In this document: positions 29,204-43,140 of the stretch, in pieces
Position numbering within the stretch: position 1 is the first letter of the stretch
Layout: every line of letters starts with the position of its first letter
NCBI RefSeq assembly: GCF_036321535.1
Contig: NC_087437.1
Coordinates: 51,400,001 to 51,460,000, forward strand
Direction: 5' to 3'
Length of the DNA: 60,000 nt
From: Camelus dromedarius
Taxonomy: Eukaryota
Translations under genes and position numbers: made by a program
The notes under the pieces: model-generated
What the model was told of the DNA's origin: nothing
The model's database searches: none
What the model saw: only the letters and a program-made list of their open reading frames with translations

Positions 29204-30459
29204 CTCTGTAGAATGGAGTTGCTGGCTAAGTGTCAATGTGGGGGCTGTGTGGGTTGGAGATCTGGTGGGACTGCTCCTCCCTTGTCTCACACCACCTGCC
29301 TTGAGTAGAATTTTCTATTCTAAACTTGCTTCCTTTGTCTCATCTCTATTATTAGGTCCCTTGGGGCCACCCAGGCCCTTATCCTGGCAGGTGTTAGCCC
29401 CAGATCTCCTGTCTCCTCTGAGAAAATAGCCTCAAGGGCAAGCAGCCCCACCTAGCCCCAGTCCCCTGAGGGAAGAGATTCTTTCCCAAAAATAATCCTC
29501 AGCTTTAGGCAGGTATTTTTCCAATTAACATAGATTAAGCAAGGTTTACCTTTGGTCTTTCCAGCCATCCTTAGAAACTCGCCTCTTAATTCCATCCTCT
29601 TCCCAGTTACTCAGGCTTCCCGACTTCAGTGTGTGGGTTGTAAAAGCAAAGATTTGACACCCCCCCAGGCCTCTTAGAAAATTCCTCCCTTTTATACCTC
29701 CCCCTCTGTAAAGAATTGTGTGGTGAGTGGACCCCTGAGGGGAGTGTTCCATATTCTGCTTAGGTGCATCTTTTCCCTTGCTTGATCTCAGCCTCTTTAA
29801 ACCTAAAAAATCTATTAGAGAAAATTTAAAACATAAGCAGGTAGAAAGTATATAATGAACCCCCATGTCCTATCATGGTTGTTCAACAGCTTCAGTTATA
29901 TCAACTCATGGTCAGTTCCTTAATACTACATCCAATCTGTGTTCATGCTTAATCCAAGTGTCTTACACAATTTTTCACAACTTAACATCTGGATCCAAAT
30001 AAGGTCCATTATAGTTAGTGAATTCTTCTTAAATCTTAAAAACCACAGGTTCTCCCTCAGCTCTTGTAGAGTTGTTGAAGAAACCAGATTCTTCTGTTGT
30101 TTCCTGGTCAGAATTTCTCTTTCCCTCTGTTTCCTATAAAATGGTTATTAGAGTGAGAGGCTTAATAGCTTTTGAAACGTCGTTTCAAATATCAGGATTG
30201 ATTCTTCACAATGACAGAAGGATGAATGGATAATGATGTGATTTTTTGGTGACAATTTTAAAGCCTGGCTGGAAGAATATTCACGTTAATGTGAAACAGT
30301 AGCATCATTTTGGGAAAATTCTAACTTCTACTTGGGGAAGTCAGTGAATAAGGCAATAGCCTTTTAGTCACTGAGATTTAGGGTGTGAAGTCTTCGGGTG
30401 TAAGCCGGGAATAAATACTAAAGAATTTACACAGACCTTGTCGATCTGGTTTTCTTGCC

Positions 30460-31700
30460 CTGTGGCGGTCAGTGAGGTCGCGCCCCGGGATGGTGGAGGG
30501 ACCAAAGGGCGTAATTCACTTAGGTTCGCTGAGCTGTCAAGTATGAAAAGATAGAGTGCAGGTCGCGGGCGAGGTGGCCACCCGACCGAAATAGCAGCCC
30601 GCCGGCCCTAAGAAACCGGAACAAGACCCATGGCCGCACAGAACTGCACCAGGGGCTTCCGAGAGCTCAGGGACGAGCGTGAGTCAGCAAAGCCCTAGGC
30701 GGGCTCCAAAATGGATTCGGCTGGGCGCGCACCGGCTGACGTGCCTCAAAGGAGCATACAGAATCTTAGCGAGGCCAGTGTATTTTATCAACCGCCCTTC
30801 TCGGAAGGTTTCCACACGGCGGGCCGTCACTGTCTCGCGCCCTGATAAACCGCGAGCTCCCCTGCACCCCACCCTCGCCGCCTTCAGGATAGCCACCTCC
30901 CAGAAGGCAGCGAGAACCGCACATGTGGCTAATTTTCCAGTGGACAGGCTTGCGCAAGCGCAGAGAGTGCGGCCCGGCGAAGACGCTGAGCGGCGCTAGC
31001 GTGCGGTTCCTCCAACTCGGTTCACCCTGCCCACCGGGCTCTGCGCGCTCCGCGCCTTTCTTACGTCACTACTACGCATGCGCTTTGGAAGGAAGCGCGA
31101 GCTTTCGGGGAACAGGGGGCGGGCCTTGCCCGAGGTCTCACGGCGACTGCGCCGACGGGAGCCGGACTGGAACATGGCGACTTGTGCTGAAATCCTGCGG
31201 AGCGAGTTCCCCGAAATTGATGTACAGGTCTTCGACTACGTTACTGGTGAGCCGAACCGAATCAACGCGCTTGGGATGCCAAAGTGGAAGTCGAGAGGGA
31301 AGGACTAAGGGAGGGCAGTGCTGGGGACCGCTGCTAGGCCTCTCCTCTGCGTGACCTCTTGTCCCGAGGGCTGGTTATGTTTGGGGCCCCTCTTGGGGCC
31401 GCGGTTCGGAGACTAAAACTGCTTGTATGTCCACCCTACCCGGTATCTTCCTCGTCTTGCCATGCCTGGCCTAGGCGTCTTGCATAGCGGCAGCGCCGAC
31501 TTCGAGTCTGTGGATGACCTGGTGGAAGCTGTGGGGGAATTGTTGCAAGAGGTGTCCGGAGACAGCAAAGATGACGCGGCCATCAGGGCCGTGTGCCAGC
31601 GCATGTACAACACTCTACGCCTGTACGTGTCAGGGCAGGGGGATTCGTGGGGGCGATGCGAGGGCGGACGGTCAGGAGACAAGGCGTGAGGGGAAGATCT
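30460..31700. promoter_or_regulatory. ABCF3 CpG-island promoter with NRF1-like and CRE-like motifs
   Basis: CpG-rich; TGCGCAAGCGCA at 30951-30962; CGCATGCGC at 31075-31083; TTACGTCA at 31061-31068; GGGGCGGG near 31116. Confidence 0.85.
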
Positions 31701-34700
31701 GATGACCATAGAGCTTTTCCTTCAACTCCTAACTCTTTGCTTTCTATCCCTACTCTCAAGGACTGAGCCACAGAGCCAGAGAAACAGCCAGATGCTACTA
31801 GACGCCCCCATCCAGTTGTCAAAGATAACAGAGAACTACGGTGAGAGAGAGCTGCCCTCTGTCATTTCCTCAGCCTGCACCCGTTAGCCACCTGCCCCCT
31901 GGAGCTCAGGACTCTTGGTACTTCTTTCCCACAGGACATGATTATAGGAGCTAGTTGATGTTTTTACTGAGGGTAAATGGGTCCATTAATAAAGAGATTA
32001 GGATTGGAGAGTTCTCCAAGCTCTTGGGTATGGTAGGAAGCATATGGGCCTTGGAGCTGAACAGACTTCGGTTCTATCCCCAATTTTGTGACTTACTAAT
32101 CAGCTACATGATCTTGTAAAAGTTGCTTATCTGCTTCAGCCTTTGTATCCTTAATCTGTGAGTTGGGTTTTTGTTTTGTTTTGAAGTGTTGGGAGGATGA
32201 TAACCTATCTACAGGATTTGTAGGGCTTTCCTTTAAATGTGTCTCAGTCTGGTTTCATATTAGCCACTCAGAGTGTTAGTTTCCCTTCCCTCAGGGAGAA
32301 GGTGACTGCTTTTCTTATCGCTTACAGACTATGGCACCAAACTTCCAGGACTGCTAAAGAGAGAACAGTCCTCGGTGAGGAGGGGGAGGAGAAAGAAAGG
32401 GAGGGGGCTGTGTCTATGGTGAGGGTGGGAGTTGACTGTCTCTAAATACCGGAGTATCTTTCTGGGGAATTTCTAATTGTCTTTCCCTGAGTCTCTGAGC
32501 CAACACCCTAGGGTGAAATGGTTATGTTTGGATCTTTAGACAGTGGATGCAAAGAAGCTAGAGAAGGCTGAGGCTCGACTGAAAGCAAAGCAGGAGAAGC
32601 GCACAGAGAAGGACACACTCAAGACCAGCAACCCTCTGTGAGTTTAGTGAGAAGGGCTGAGAAGAGAGCAGAGAGGTCTCTACTGGGATGGAAGGGTGGT
32701 TGGGAGTGCTAAAGCCATTCATTTCTCCCTTTAAAAGAGTCTTGGAAGAGGCATCAGCCAGCCAGGCAGGCAGCAGAAAGGAGAGTCGATTGGAATCATC
32801 TGGCAAGAACAAATCCTACGATGTTCGAATTGAGAACTTTGATGTGTCTTTTGGCGATAGGTGAGGGAGTGGCAATGGGGTGGAGTAATGTTTTTCTTTT
32901 TCCAAATAAAGGAGAATTTGGAGAGATGGAATGGGACTAAGAATAGATTTCTGTTGTTAAACTTGCTGTGCACATATCTCTAGATCATCCTTTGTCTTTT
33001 TCCTACTACCCCTGCAGGGTACTGCTGGCTGGAGCAGATGTGAACCTGGCATGGGGCCGCCGCTATGGGCTGGTGGGTCGGAATGGGCTGGGAAAGACAA
33101 CGCTGCTGAAGATGCTGGCCACCCGGAGCCTGCGGGTTCCAGCCCACATTTCCCTCCTGCATGTAGAGCAGGAGGTTGCTGGAGATGACACCCCTGCCCT
33201 ACAGAGTGTGCTGGAGAGTGACACCGTGCGAGAAGATCTCCTACGGCAGGAGCGGGAGCTCAGTGCCCAGGTTGCTGCCGGCAGGTGAGGGCTCCGGGCG
33301 AGGGAATGACCAGCTGCAGCTGTGCTTCACAGAGTGACTGCCATGCTGGCACAATTCACAGTTCGTATGCCCAGCCTATTAAGCAGCGCATCTTAGAACT
33401 TGGTGCTGTGGGGCTGTAAATCCCTTGTTCCTGCCACAGTACCCGTTGTGCTCACTGCTATGAGCAAGTCCTTCCTCTACTCTGTTCCTGTCCTGGCAAC
33501 AGGGCAGCCAGTGGCCTACTTTCCAGCCATCCTGGGGTACAGGATAAACTTGTAGACTGCCCCCACTCAGGCTGATTGCTGTCCCCTCCTTCTAGGGCTG
33601 AGGGCTCAGAAGCTGCACAGCTCGCAGAAATCTATGCCAAACTGGAAGAGATTGAAGCTGACAAAGCCCCTGCCAGGTATTTAAAATCCCCCTTCCTTCC
33701 TTTAGATTTCCTCTCTCCCTTCTGTTACCTGTTCCAACCAGGTTCCTCAATTTCTTCATTCCTAGGGCATCAGTCATTCTTGCTGGGCTTGGCTTTACCC
33801 CTAAAATGCAGCAGCAGCCCACCCGGTGAGTGGCTCTTACCATTCTTGACTCTGAACACTGTTGGTTCTGCCCCCCCTGTTCTCATGAACACTTGCCCTG
33901 ATGTGGTTCTGTCTCTCTTAGGGAGTTTTCAGGTGGCTGGAGGATGAGACTGGCCCTGGCCCGGGCTCTGTTTGCTAGGTGAGTCTTCTGGGACTGTGTA
34001 TGGCTACTGTGAAGGATGGACTTGGCTCCTGGGAGGTGGCAACAAGTGGCTAACCCAGAACCTCAGGCTGTGCATTCTTCTTTTCCATAGGCCAGATCTG
34101 CTGTTGTTAGATGGTGAGTTCTAAATGGGGGCACCCTGACTTTGGGGTGCAGGGTGCAGAAGGGTGGCATCATCCAAATTTCTAGTTCTCTAGTCCTTCA
34201 ATCCCAATGTGTCCTCACCACTTTTCCAGAACCCACAAACATGCTGGATGTAAGGGCCATCCTGTGGCTGGAGAACTACCTGCAGGTGAGTGTCTCCAGG
34301 TGCTGGAGTAGGTCTGGGGAAGGCCTGCTTCCGAGGCTGCTAGGGTTTGGGAGCTGACTGCCCTCCCAAACTGGGCCTGCCATCCTGTGACACCCCCCCC
34401 CCCAGACATGGCCCTCTACCATCCTGGTTGTCTCCCATGACCGCAACTTCCTGAATGCCATAGCCACAGACATTATCCACCTGCATAGCCAGCGGCTAGA
34501 TGGTTACCGTGGAGACTTTGAGACCTTCATCAAGAGCAAGCAGGAGCGGCTGCTCAATCAGCAGCGTGAATATGAGGCCCAGCAGCAGTATCGCCAGCAT
34601 ATCCAGGTGTGGGAAAAGGCAGGGCTAGGGGCCCACCCCTTTCCATGGGTGTTAGAGTTGTGGGGTGAGGGAGCCTGACTATGCCTGAACTCATCCACCT

Positions 34701-37700
34701 GTAGGTCTTCATTGACCGGTTTCGCTACAACGCAAACAGAGCCTCTCAAGTGCAGAGTAAGCTCAAGATGCTGGAGAAGCTGTGAGTACCGTGTCCTTGA
34801 CAAGGCCCTAACTCCTCTTCTTTTAATTTCTTCCCTCATTTTGCAGGCCACTCCTTGCCCTGCCATTCTAGGTCTCCCCTTTCTAGAAACCAACCTTAGC
34901 TTCATCCCCTGCAGGAAAGCAGAGTATTCTATACTGCTCTTGGAGAGTTAATCTTGCCCCTAGGCCTAGGCAACCACCAGACTTCTTTCTGTCTCTATAT
35001 ATTTGCTTATTCTAGGTATTTCATATAATGGAATCATAAATGTGTCTGGTTTCTTTTGCTTAGCACCATGTTTTTGAGGTTCATCCATGTTGTAGCATGA
35101 ATTAGTACTTCATTCCTCTAATGACCAGATAATATTCCATTGTATGGATATTCCACATTTGTTTATCGATTCATCAGTTGGTGGACATTTGGATTGTTTC
35201 CCCTTTTTGGCTCTTTTGAATAATGTTGTGAACATTTGTGTATAAGTTTTTGTATGGACATACGTTTTCTATTCTCTTGGGTACATACCTCGGAGTGAAA
35301 TTGCTAGGTTACATGGTAATTCTACGTTTAAATTTTTGAGGAACTTCAAACTTTTTTAAAGCAGCTGCACTGTTTTACATTCCTACCAGCAATGTATGAG
35401 AATTCCAGTTTATCCATCGCCTGCACACACACACACACACGTGCAAGCGCGCACACACATATATATACACCGTATCTTTACGCATTCATCTGATGTGGAC
35501 ACTTAGGTTGCTTCCATGTCTTAGCTATTGTAAATAAGGCTGCTGTGAACATTGGGGTGCTTGTATCCTTTTTTGTTTGTTCGGGTTTTTTGGGGGTGCT
35601 TGTATCCTTTTGAATTAGTGTCTTCAGTTTTCAGCTATATACCCAGGAGAGCATCGGAGGCTTATTAATCTTTTATTTACTTATTTATTTTTAATGGAAG
35701 TACTGGATTGAACCCAGGATCTTGTGCATGCTAAACATGCACTCCACCACTGAGCTATATCCCTCCCCCTGGAGGTTTAATCTTGAAACATTTCTAGATG
35801 TGCTAGTGGTAGGGGAACATAAAATCATAAAGCATAGGATTTTGTGACCTTGAAACACATATCAGAGTATATTAATTGAGAGGACAAAAAACTACAAAAA
35901 GGATAATCCTATTTTTGTAGCATATATATTACTTGTGTGACAAGAACAGTTACTTTTTAAAGTCATATATCTAGTCTTCCCCTCTCTCCTCAGACCGGAG
36001 CTGAAACCCGTGGACAAGGAGTTGGAGGTAGTGATGAAGTGAGTGCTGGGCCAGAGGGGCAGGTGGGGAAGCTCTTGTTTCTGGCCACCCTCATGCTCCC
36101 CATCCCCACCTGCAGGTTCCCTGATGGGTTTGAGAAATTCTCACCACCAATTCTGCAACTAGATGAGGTGGATTTCTACTATGATCCTAAGCACGTCATC
36201 TTCAGCCGTCTCTCCATCTCTGCTGATCTTGAATCCCGCATCTGTGTGGTATGGTTGCTGTTTCTCTGTTCCATGAGCTGGGACTGGACTCTCCCACCCC
36301 AATACATGATGTGGATTGGCCCAGATTCTGGGGCTACAAAGGGAGGAGGTCCCCAGGAGCAAGAGTCAGTGCCCGGGCCAAGGACTTTGCTGTGTTTATA
36401 CTAGCCCCCTCCTGCAGCCTCACAGGGCTGCTCTGCAGCATAGATGAAGAGCCTGCCATGTGGTATTTTGTGAATACTCAGAACAGTACTTTGTCTTATT
36501 GGTCTCAGCTCTGGAACCATGGAACATAGAGGGGAGAATATGGGCTTCAGGGTCAGACTTCAGATTCTAACTATTTCCTAGCTTGGTTACTTCCTCATCC
36601 TTAAAATGGAGATAATGTCTACCTCACTTGGTTATTGGAAGAGTTAATTCCTCTGTACTTAGTGGATACTTGGATATTGACACCCTTTACATCTTTACTA
36701 CTTCCTTCATTTTTCTCTACAGTTCCTTAAAAATTTTTTTTTAGTTGTTGGAGTTACTGGGACTACCGGGATTCATTCTCATCTCCTTCCCTTCTGTATC
36801 CTGCACACATATGCTGTCTACCTTCTTGTGTTTCTTCTTACAGGTTGGGGAGAATGGAGCTGGGAAGTCTACCATGCTGAAGCTGCTTCTGGGGGACCTA
36901 GCTCCTGTTCGGGGGATCAGACATGCTCACAGGTGGGGCCCACACCTCCATTCTCCAACCAATCATATGCTGTAACTGCACTCCTTTATGGTCATTGCCT
37001 TCTCTCCCCTCTCTCCGCCTTCACTTCTGCCTGCAGGAATCTGAAGATTGGCTATTTCAGCCAGCACCACGTGGAGCAGCTGGACCTGAATGTCAGTGCT
37101 GTGGAACTGCTGGCACGCAAGTTCCCTGGTGCGTTATGGATTTGAGTTGAGGAAAGGGGGCCCGGCCTGAATGCCTACAGTTAGGCTTACCTTTGGTTGC
37201 TCAACAGTCCACCAAGTCTAGGCGTAGGGCATTGGGTTGGGACTGAGGGGAAGGTGAAGGGAGTGAGTTTGGGCCAAGAACCCACATGGTGGGGTGGGGC
37301 CTGTTCCAGGACGGCCTGAGGAGGAGTACCGTCACCAGCTGGGCCGGTATGGCATCTCTGGAGAACTGGCTGTGCGCCCTGTTGCCAGCTTGTCTGGGGG
37401 CCAGAAGAGCCGAGTGGCCTTTGCTCAGATGACCATGCCCTGGTGAGGCATCATTTTCTAGAGCTTTGCCCTCCCCTTTCCCGCTCTTACCTGATAGAAA
37501 TGATTGTCTTGCCTTCATATCGGAGTTTATTTTCTCCCAACACTCTTAACTGCCAACCTTCCTGGGTTCTGCCTTCCAGCCCCAACTTCTACATTCTGGA
37601 TGAACCCACAAACCACCTGGATATGGAGACAATTGAAGCTCTGGGCCGTGCTCTCAACAATTTCAGGGTGAGTGTGCCTTCACACTGCCCACTCTTCCCC

Positions 37701-37915
37701 AGGCCTCAGCACCCCTTTGGGCTCCTCTGAGTGCACCCTGGTCTTCTGTCTTTCAGGGTGGTGTGATTCTGGTATCCCATGACGAGCGCTTCATCCGGAT
37801 GGTGTGCCGGGAGTTGTGGGTGTGCGAAGGAGGTGGAGTCACCCGGGTCGAGGGGGGATTTGATCAGTACCGCGCCCTTCTCCAGGAACAGTTCCGCCAT
37901 GAGGGCTTCCTCTAG
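31174..37915 (+). CDS. ABCF3: ATP-binding cassette subfamily F member 3 (GCN20-like, two NBDs, no TM domain), complete, 709 aa; join(31174-31246,31475-31622,31761-31840,32328-32374,32540-32637,32738-32860,33018-33284,33596-33676,33766-33825,33922-33978,34091-34113,34230-34285,34406-34606,34705-34781,35994-36038,36116-36248,36844-36932,37037-37128,37310-37442,37580-37667,37757-37915)
   Basis: 21 GT-AG exons total 2130 nt. N-terminus MATCAEILRSEFPEID; Walker A GRNGLGKT and GENGAGKS; signatures FSGGWRMR and LSGGQKSR; Walker B/D-loop LLLLDEPTNMLD and FYILDEPTNHLD; ends QFRHEGFL*. Confidence 0.98.
34960..35650 (-). mobile_element. Two adjacent L1 3'-region fragments in ABCF3 intron 14, separated by an (AC)n tract
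   Basis: ggttcatccatgttgtagcatg, aatattccattgtatggata and ggttgcttccatgtcttagctattg motifs. Confidence 0.85.
35673..35769 (-). mobile_element. tRNA-Ala-derived SINE (camelid Vic-1-like), short form, in ABCF3 intron 14
   Basis: Reverse strand reads GGGGAGGGATATAGCTCAGTGGTGGAGTGCATGTTTAGCATGCACAAGATCCTGGGTTCAATCCAGTACTTCCATT plus an A-rich tail; flanked by imperfect ggagg..ttaatctt duplications. Confidence 0.85.
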
Positions 37916-38202
37916 GGCCACCAGGCTGAGGACTGTGCCCAGGACATGGACTGGTCTCTCAGACCCCTGGGACATCACATAGGCAACCATCTCTGGGCCA
38001 TAGACTTCCCCCAACTTTGGGGACAGCCTTATTCCCAGACTCTCCTTTTGACTGGAGCATCCTCTGTGCAACCCAGGGAGCCCTATCTAAGGGTCTTTGA
38101 GGACTGGTCTTCCAAGGGAAAAGGAGTAGGGGGTGCCCTCTGGGATTTTAGATCCTTGCCACTGCCCCAGCTGCAACTGGGTCCTGAGTGGCTGCTGTGT
38201 AA

Positions 38203-38423
38203 ATTAAATCTCCGTGCATCTTCCTTGCCTCAACTGTGCTGCTCCCTGACAGGGCTTCAGTGTTTGCCCACTGTTAAGGAGTGTGGACTCCCTGATTTGG
38301 CATTTTCCTGTGACACTTTGTCAGTCATACTGAGGAGGCCATAGCAGCATCATTAAGATGGGCAGAGATGTCATTAAAGCCACAGGGGCTTGGCCTTATA
38401 GTGGTTGGAGCTGGTGAAATAAA
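38203..38423 (+). terminator. Candidate ABCF3 poly(A) signals
   Basis: ATTAAA at 38203-38208 (preceded by TGTA) and AATAAA at 38418-38423, each followed by GT/T-rich sequence. Confidence 0.6.
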
Positions 38424-40709
38424 GGGCAGTGTATTACATCACTGCAGTGCTGTTCTCCCTGGCCCAGGCTCACTCTGTTTCTCTGGTGTGGACCCTTCAA
38501 GGCTAAAGAGAAACTGAGAAACAGTGTTTGTCTCCATTTTGCTTGGGTGGTTTCATGTTCTTTATTTTTACTTTAACCATGTGGGAGGAGCCTGGAAAGT
38601 AGGGACTTGAGAATGAGGTCTAAGGTGAAGAAAGAGAACACTTTTGTTTCAAACTAAGCAATATTTAAAAGCAGAGGAGCTGTTTAACAGAAGTAGTAAG
38701 ATTTATAAATATTATTTTTTGGATACTCGGCTGCTGTATGTAATTGTTGTATAGAAGACACTAAAGTAGAGAGGTTGTTTTTCTCTTAATGGCATTGGAG
38801 AAACCAGCATCAACAGAAGGAACTTGTTGGCTTCATGGAGAACTGTCATCGCAGAACTCAAGCAAGGAGTCTTAACAGGGCACTGTGGTACTATGGTACA
38901 GCTGGGGAGGACATAACCTGTGTTGGGGGTAAAGCAGAATAATGCTGGGAAGGCTCTGGACTGATGGACTCTGAAGCCAGCAGCAGGGTCATTAATCTTC
39001 CTGCCTCCTCAGCCTCCCTCAGGAGTCCAGAGGAGGCATTCTTACAGGCACATCTGTGGCCACGTGCACCCTCACAGCTCTGAGAGCCTTTTCTCAGCCC
39101 TGCCACTCTCTTCCAACCTCAGATAGTCGAAGCCACCTGGTGTAGGGTGTGGGCCTGCCTGTTTGCCACGTTCTCAGGCCCTCTCACCCTTCACCAGCTT
39201 GTGGTCCCTATATGAGTTCTCCCAATCTTTAGGGTCCCTGGAAGTACAGCTGAAGGGTTCTGTGACATAGAATCTGCTTCTTTGGAGGTGACTTTGTGTA
39301 TGAAGAGCCCTGGAGTTGGATCTGTGATCAAATGCCAGCTCTATTACTGGTAGTGAAAGGGGTCACCAACATTAGCTGGGTAACCACAACAAATTGACCT
39401 TTCTGAACACTTCCTCGGCATAATACATAAGCACTCAAAGCGATCTTGTGTGACCACTCTGTGATTTGGAGAACATCGTTTGGAAAAAGTAAATTTTCTC
39501 TTGAGTGACTCCAGTGGTAGGCCAGTTTGGCTGAAAGGAAGGAAAAACTTTCTTAATAGTTCAGGTTACCTTCTGAGAGTGACGTCCTGGCCTCTGGGAC
39601 TGTCCAGCCCTGCTGCCCACTAGAGAAGGGCTCTTCAGGTAGGAGGCCACACTAGATGGCTTACAGTTTTATGATTTCATTCAATAAGAGCCTGTATATG
39701 TGACAATACAGGCCTATGCTGCCACCCTGTAAAAGTTGGGATGAATGAATTGCAGCAGCTAAGAAAGACCCTATAATAAGTGTGTAAGGTGAGCTTTGAG
39801 GGGTTAGAGAAGGAGAACTGGCAGAAGATGGTTGTCTTGAGGGGTAGAAATGGCAGTGTCAGCCAGCTCCATTCCAGAAAGCACAGGGTGAAGAGCAGAG
39901 AGGAATCTGACATGACTAGGGAGAGCCTGTCCAGCCCCAACCATTGGAAAGCTGGTCCTTCCAGCTGCTGAGCTGGAGCTACCTTGCCAAAGTCAGGCCT
40001 TAAAGCCAGTCAGGAGCTGGCCAGGTTGAAAGGCCTCATTGTGTGAACTCATTGAAATCCTGGCCTCCCTGCTTCTGCTGGCCTTACCACACTCCCCAAT
40101 GCCTTTTCAGGCAACCTGGCTGGTCCTCTGGGGGGCAGAGTGCAGGCGTGCAGTGAGATCATGGGTCTTACCAATAACAATCTACAGGGTGCTCAGAGAT
40201 GCCAGTCAATTGTTTATTTCAGTGTGAAATTAACTGTCTTGAAATTCGTTGGACATAAACTAACATTTAGCTAAGTTCTCCCTGGTTTCCAGGCAAATTT
40301 TAGCTGAGAAGAAGAGAAGGTGCTGTTTACCCTCATTGACCATGGCCTGGCCTAGTTTGTCATTTAGAACACTATATCCTACGAAGAGCCACTCCCCAGG
40401 CCAGGTCTGGTCCACCCAAAGATGCAAACCAAACAGCCTCAGAGCCCCGTTGCTCTGTACCAGCCCAAGCATGCAGCCTAGATGGCGGAATCTGTGGGAA
40501 ATCATAGCAGGTTAACAGTGGGTCCAAAATCTGGCTAAACCTGGAGTGACAGACTCCTCTCAGTGTCACCCCCCTCCAAGTGGGCTTCACTGCACTTTGT
40601 GTGTCCCTCACTGTAAGCTGCTTGCCATTATTAAGGTTGTAGTTCCCACTTGGCCTTGATACCCTTGAAAGCCAGACCCTGGCTTGCTCATCTTTGTATC
40701 CTTTGCCCA

Positions 40710-41113
40710 TGTTGCAGGTTGGGTTCTCTGGGAAGTAGCTTGAAGAGATCATCAGCATGCAGGCTATTTATTATGGGGTGCTCCTGGGACCAACATCAGG
40801 GCCTAGCAGTTGAGAGAAGGGAAAGTTGAGCAGCAGTGCAGGCCCAACAAAAGCCTCAGGCAGCCCCACCTTCTGAGGCTGGCAGAGTTGTTCTTAGTTG
40901 AGGCAATGGGTCAGGCCTTTTTTCTGCTGAGATGATCAGTCTTTGGATGCTGGCTGCCACCAGAAGGAGCTGTGACCTTGGGAGAGGAAGTTTTCTTCAG
41001 TTGGGGCAGTTAGCCCTAACGGGCTGACCGCTGAGGACCTGCTGCTGCCGTCTGCACTCTCAACGGCTCAGGCAGCAAGTCCATTCCTGAGAGGTCATCA
41101 CAGCAGCCACTAC
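40710..41113. mobile_element. MaLR (MLT1-type) solo LTR relic
   Basis: ggttgggttctctgggaag...tttattatggggtgctcctgggaccaacatc resembles MLT1F/G/H. Confidence 0.65.
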
Positions 41114-42899
41114 CGTGCCTAGCACAGAAAGAGGTGCTCGGTAAAAGAGCTTGAGAAGTGAATATTTGGGGGGAATTATTTGAGAAAAAGTAGAGAGTAA
41201 CATTGGAGGAGAGTGCAGAGGCCAGGAAACAAGGGGGCCATGACCAAAATCCAGCTCTGAGGACATGGGGTCAGAACGGCGGAGGTGGAGGTGAGACTTT
41301 GGAGGATGGGGTGCAGGCTAAGCAAGGGCGTGTGAGCTCTGCCTAAAGGAGGGAGGACCCCTTTTTCTGGGCCAAAGTCTTGAAAGCTTTGGGACATAAG
41401 ACAGATTAAAGGGGCCAGTTTTCATTTGTTTTTAAACGTCGCCTTGTTTTCTTTCAAGACAATGTTAAGGGAATAATGACAGTTGATAGTTATTGGGCTC
41501 TTGTTACGTAGCAGGCACTGTAGAAAATGCTTCACCTGCACCACGTCAATCCTCACAACCCTACGAACTGGCCCGGTTACTATCCCCACTTTATAGACAA
41601 GTAAATGGAGTTGGCATGGAGGGATTTAGGACAGTCTGGCTCTAGAGCACAGCTCTGGTCACACTGTCTACCGCTCAGCCCCTAGTGCCATGTGCTGAAT
41701 AGTGAGGGTTGGTTAATCCCATCACTTAAAACTCATCTATTACATGGGATGGAGGGTGGGAGGTGAAGGATTTGAACAAGCTTCTCTCAGGAGAGCAAGC
41801 TGATGAGTAGAAGTACCTGGCACAGTGGCTGGCACATACTAGATGCTCAGTGAATAGCTGTTCATTAAACAATTAAAAACGTGGTACAGTGGAAGAGTCA
41901 CGCACTGGGATTAGCCCAGTTCTGCCACTGGACTGTGTTTTAGGCAAATCAACCTCTCCTGAGTAAATTATCCTTATGCATAAAATGGGCATGACATAAA
42001 TTTGTCTTGCCCCCTTCTTGGTTAGCAGGAGAGATTAAATGAGACAAGGTCCTGTGTAAACTGACTACATTTTTTTGTAAACTGTGAAGTGCCATGGATC
42101 CAAGGGTGTCATTTCATGGAAGGAGTGGTGGGAGAGCAGCTGGGAGCCTACTCTGGAGACAGACTGGCACCTGCACACACACACACACTCCAGGCCATCA
42201 TCAAGATGATGGCCCGAGGAGTGCACCCCACAGCCCTCATCTGCTGGGCCGGGTATCTGCAAGCACAAATGCAGGAAAACAGCATGAGACTCTGCCTGGC
42301 ACCTGCTGAGTTGCATGGGGTGAGGCAGAAATCACCATGCAATTTAAGCCCATTCTAATAACATGTATAGATTGTGCCCTGTCAGTAATTCTAGGTTTCC
42401 CTTTTCTTTATGTTAAATAAACGGGTGGTTTGGAAGTGATTTCTGCTGTACTGTATGTGGAGAGAACTTTGAAACCCTAAATTAGAATAAATATTTGTCA
42501 ACCCATGCTACTGCATTCTTAACACTGAGGAATGCTTTCACAAATGTTCTTTTTTGGTCTTCTCAATAATCTTGTGATATGTGGCTCCTGCTGAGTTATT
42601 CCCATTTAATAAAACAGAAGCTTGAAGCTGAAAGATGTTAAGTGTCTTGCTTAGGTTCAGATAGCTCTGTGCATGCAGATATGGGGCAAGAACCAAGGTG
42701 TCTGGGTCCCCAGCCTTCTTACTTCTTTCCATTTAGACTGTTCTCAACTTTGTTCCATAGCTGTTCATACAATGGGTGACTCCTGTCACACATACGGGTG
42801 AGCATACCCAGGGTCATGTGCCCTCCCGTCCTTTTAAGAAAGTATGTTGAACCCAGAATGAGGGGGACTGACTATAACCTGTTTTAAACTTTTAAATTA

Positions 42900-43140
42900 G
42901 GGAGCTAGCTCTGGAATCAGAACTGTATTTGAGTCTGGATTCTATTATCTAATAGCTGTGTGATCTCAGCAAATTAAGCCTCTCAGTGCCTCGGTTTCCT
43001 TATCTGTAAAATGTGAAGAATAATCATCGTTACAGACCAATGGTAAGGTAATGGTGAATATTAAATCAGATAATACAAGCAAAACTCTTATGGTTCCTAG
43101 TAGTTCCATAATTGTTAGCCATTATGATTATTAGTATTTG
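42900..43140 (+). mobile_element. MIR SINE
   Basis: cctctcagtgcctcggtttccttatctgtaaaatg core. Confidence 0.8.
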
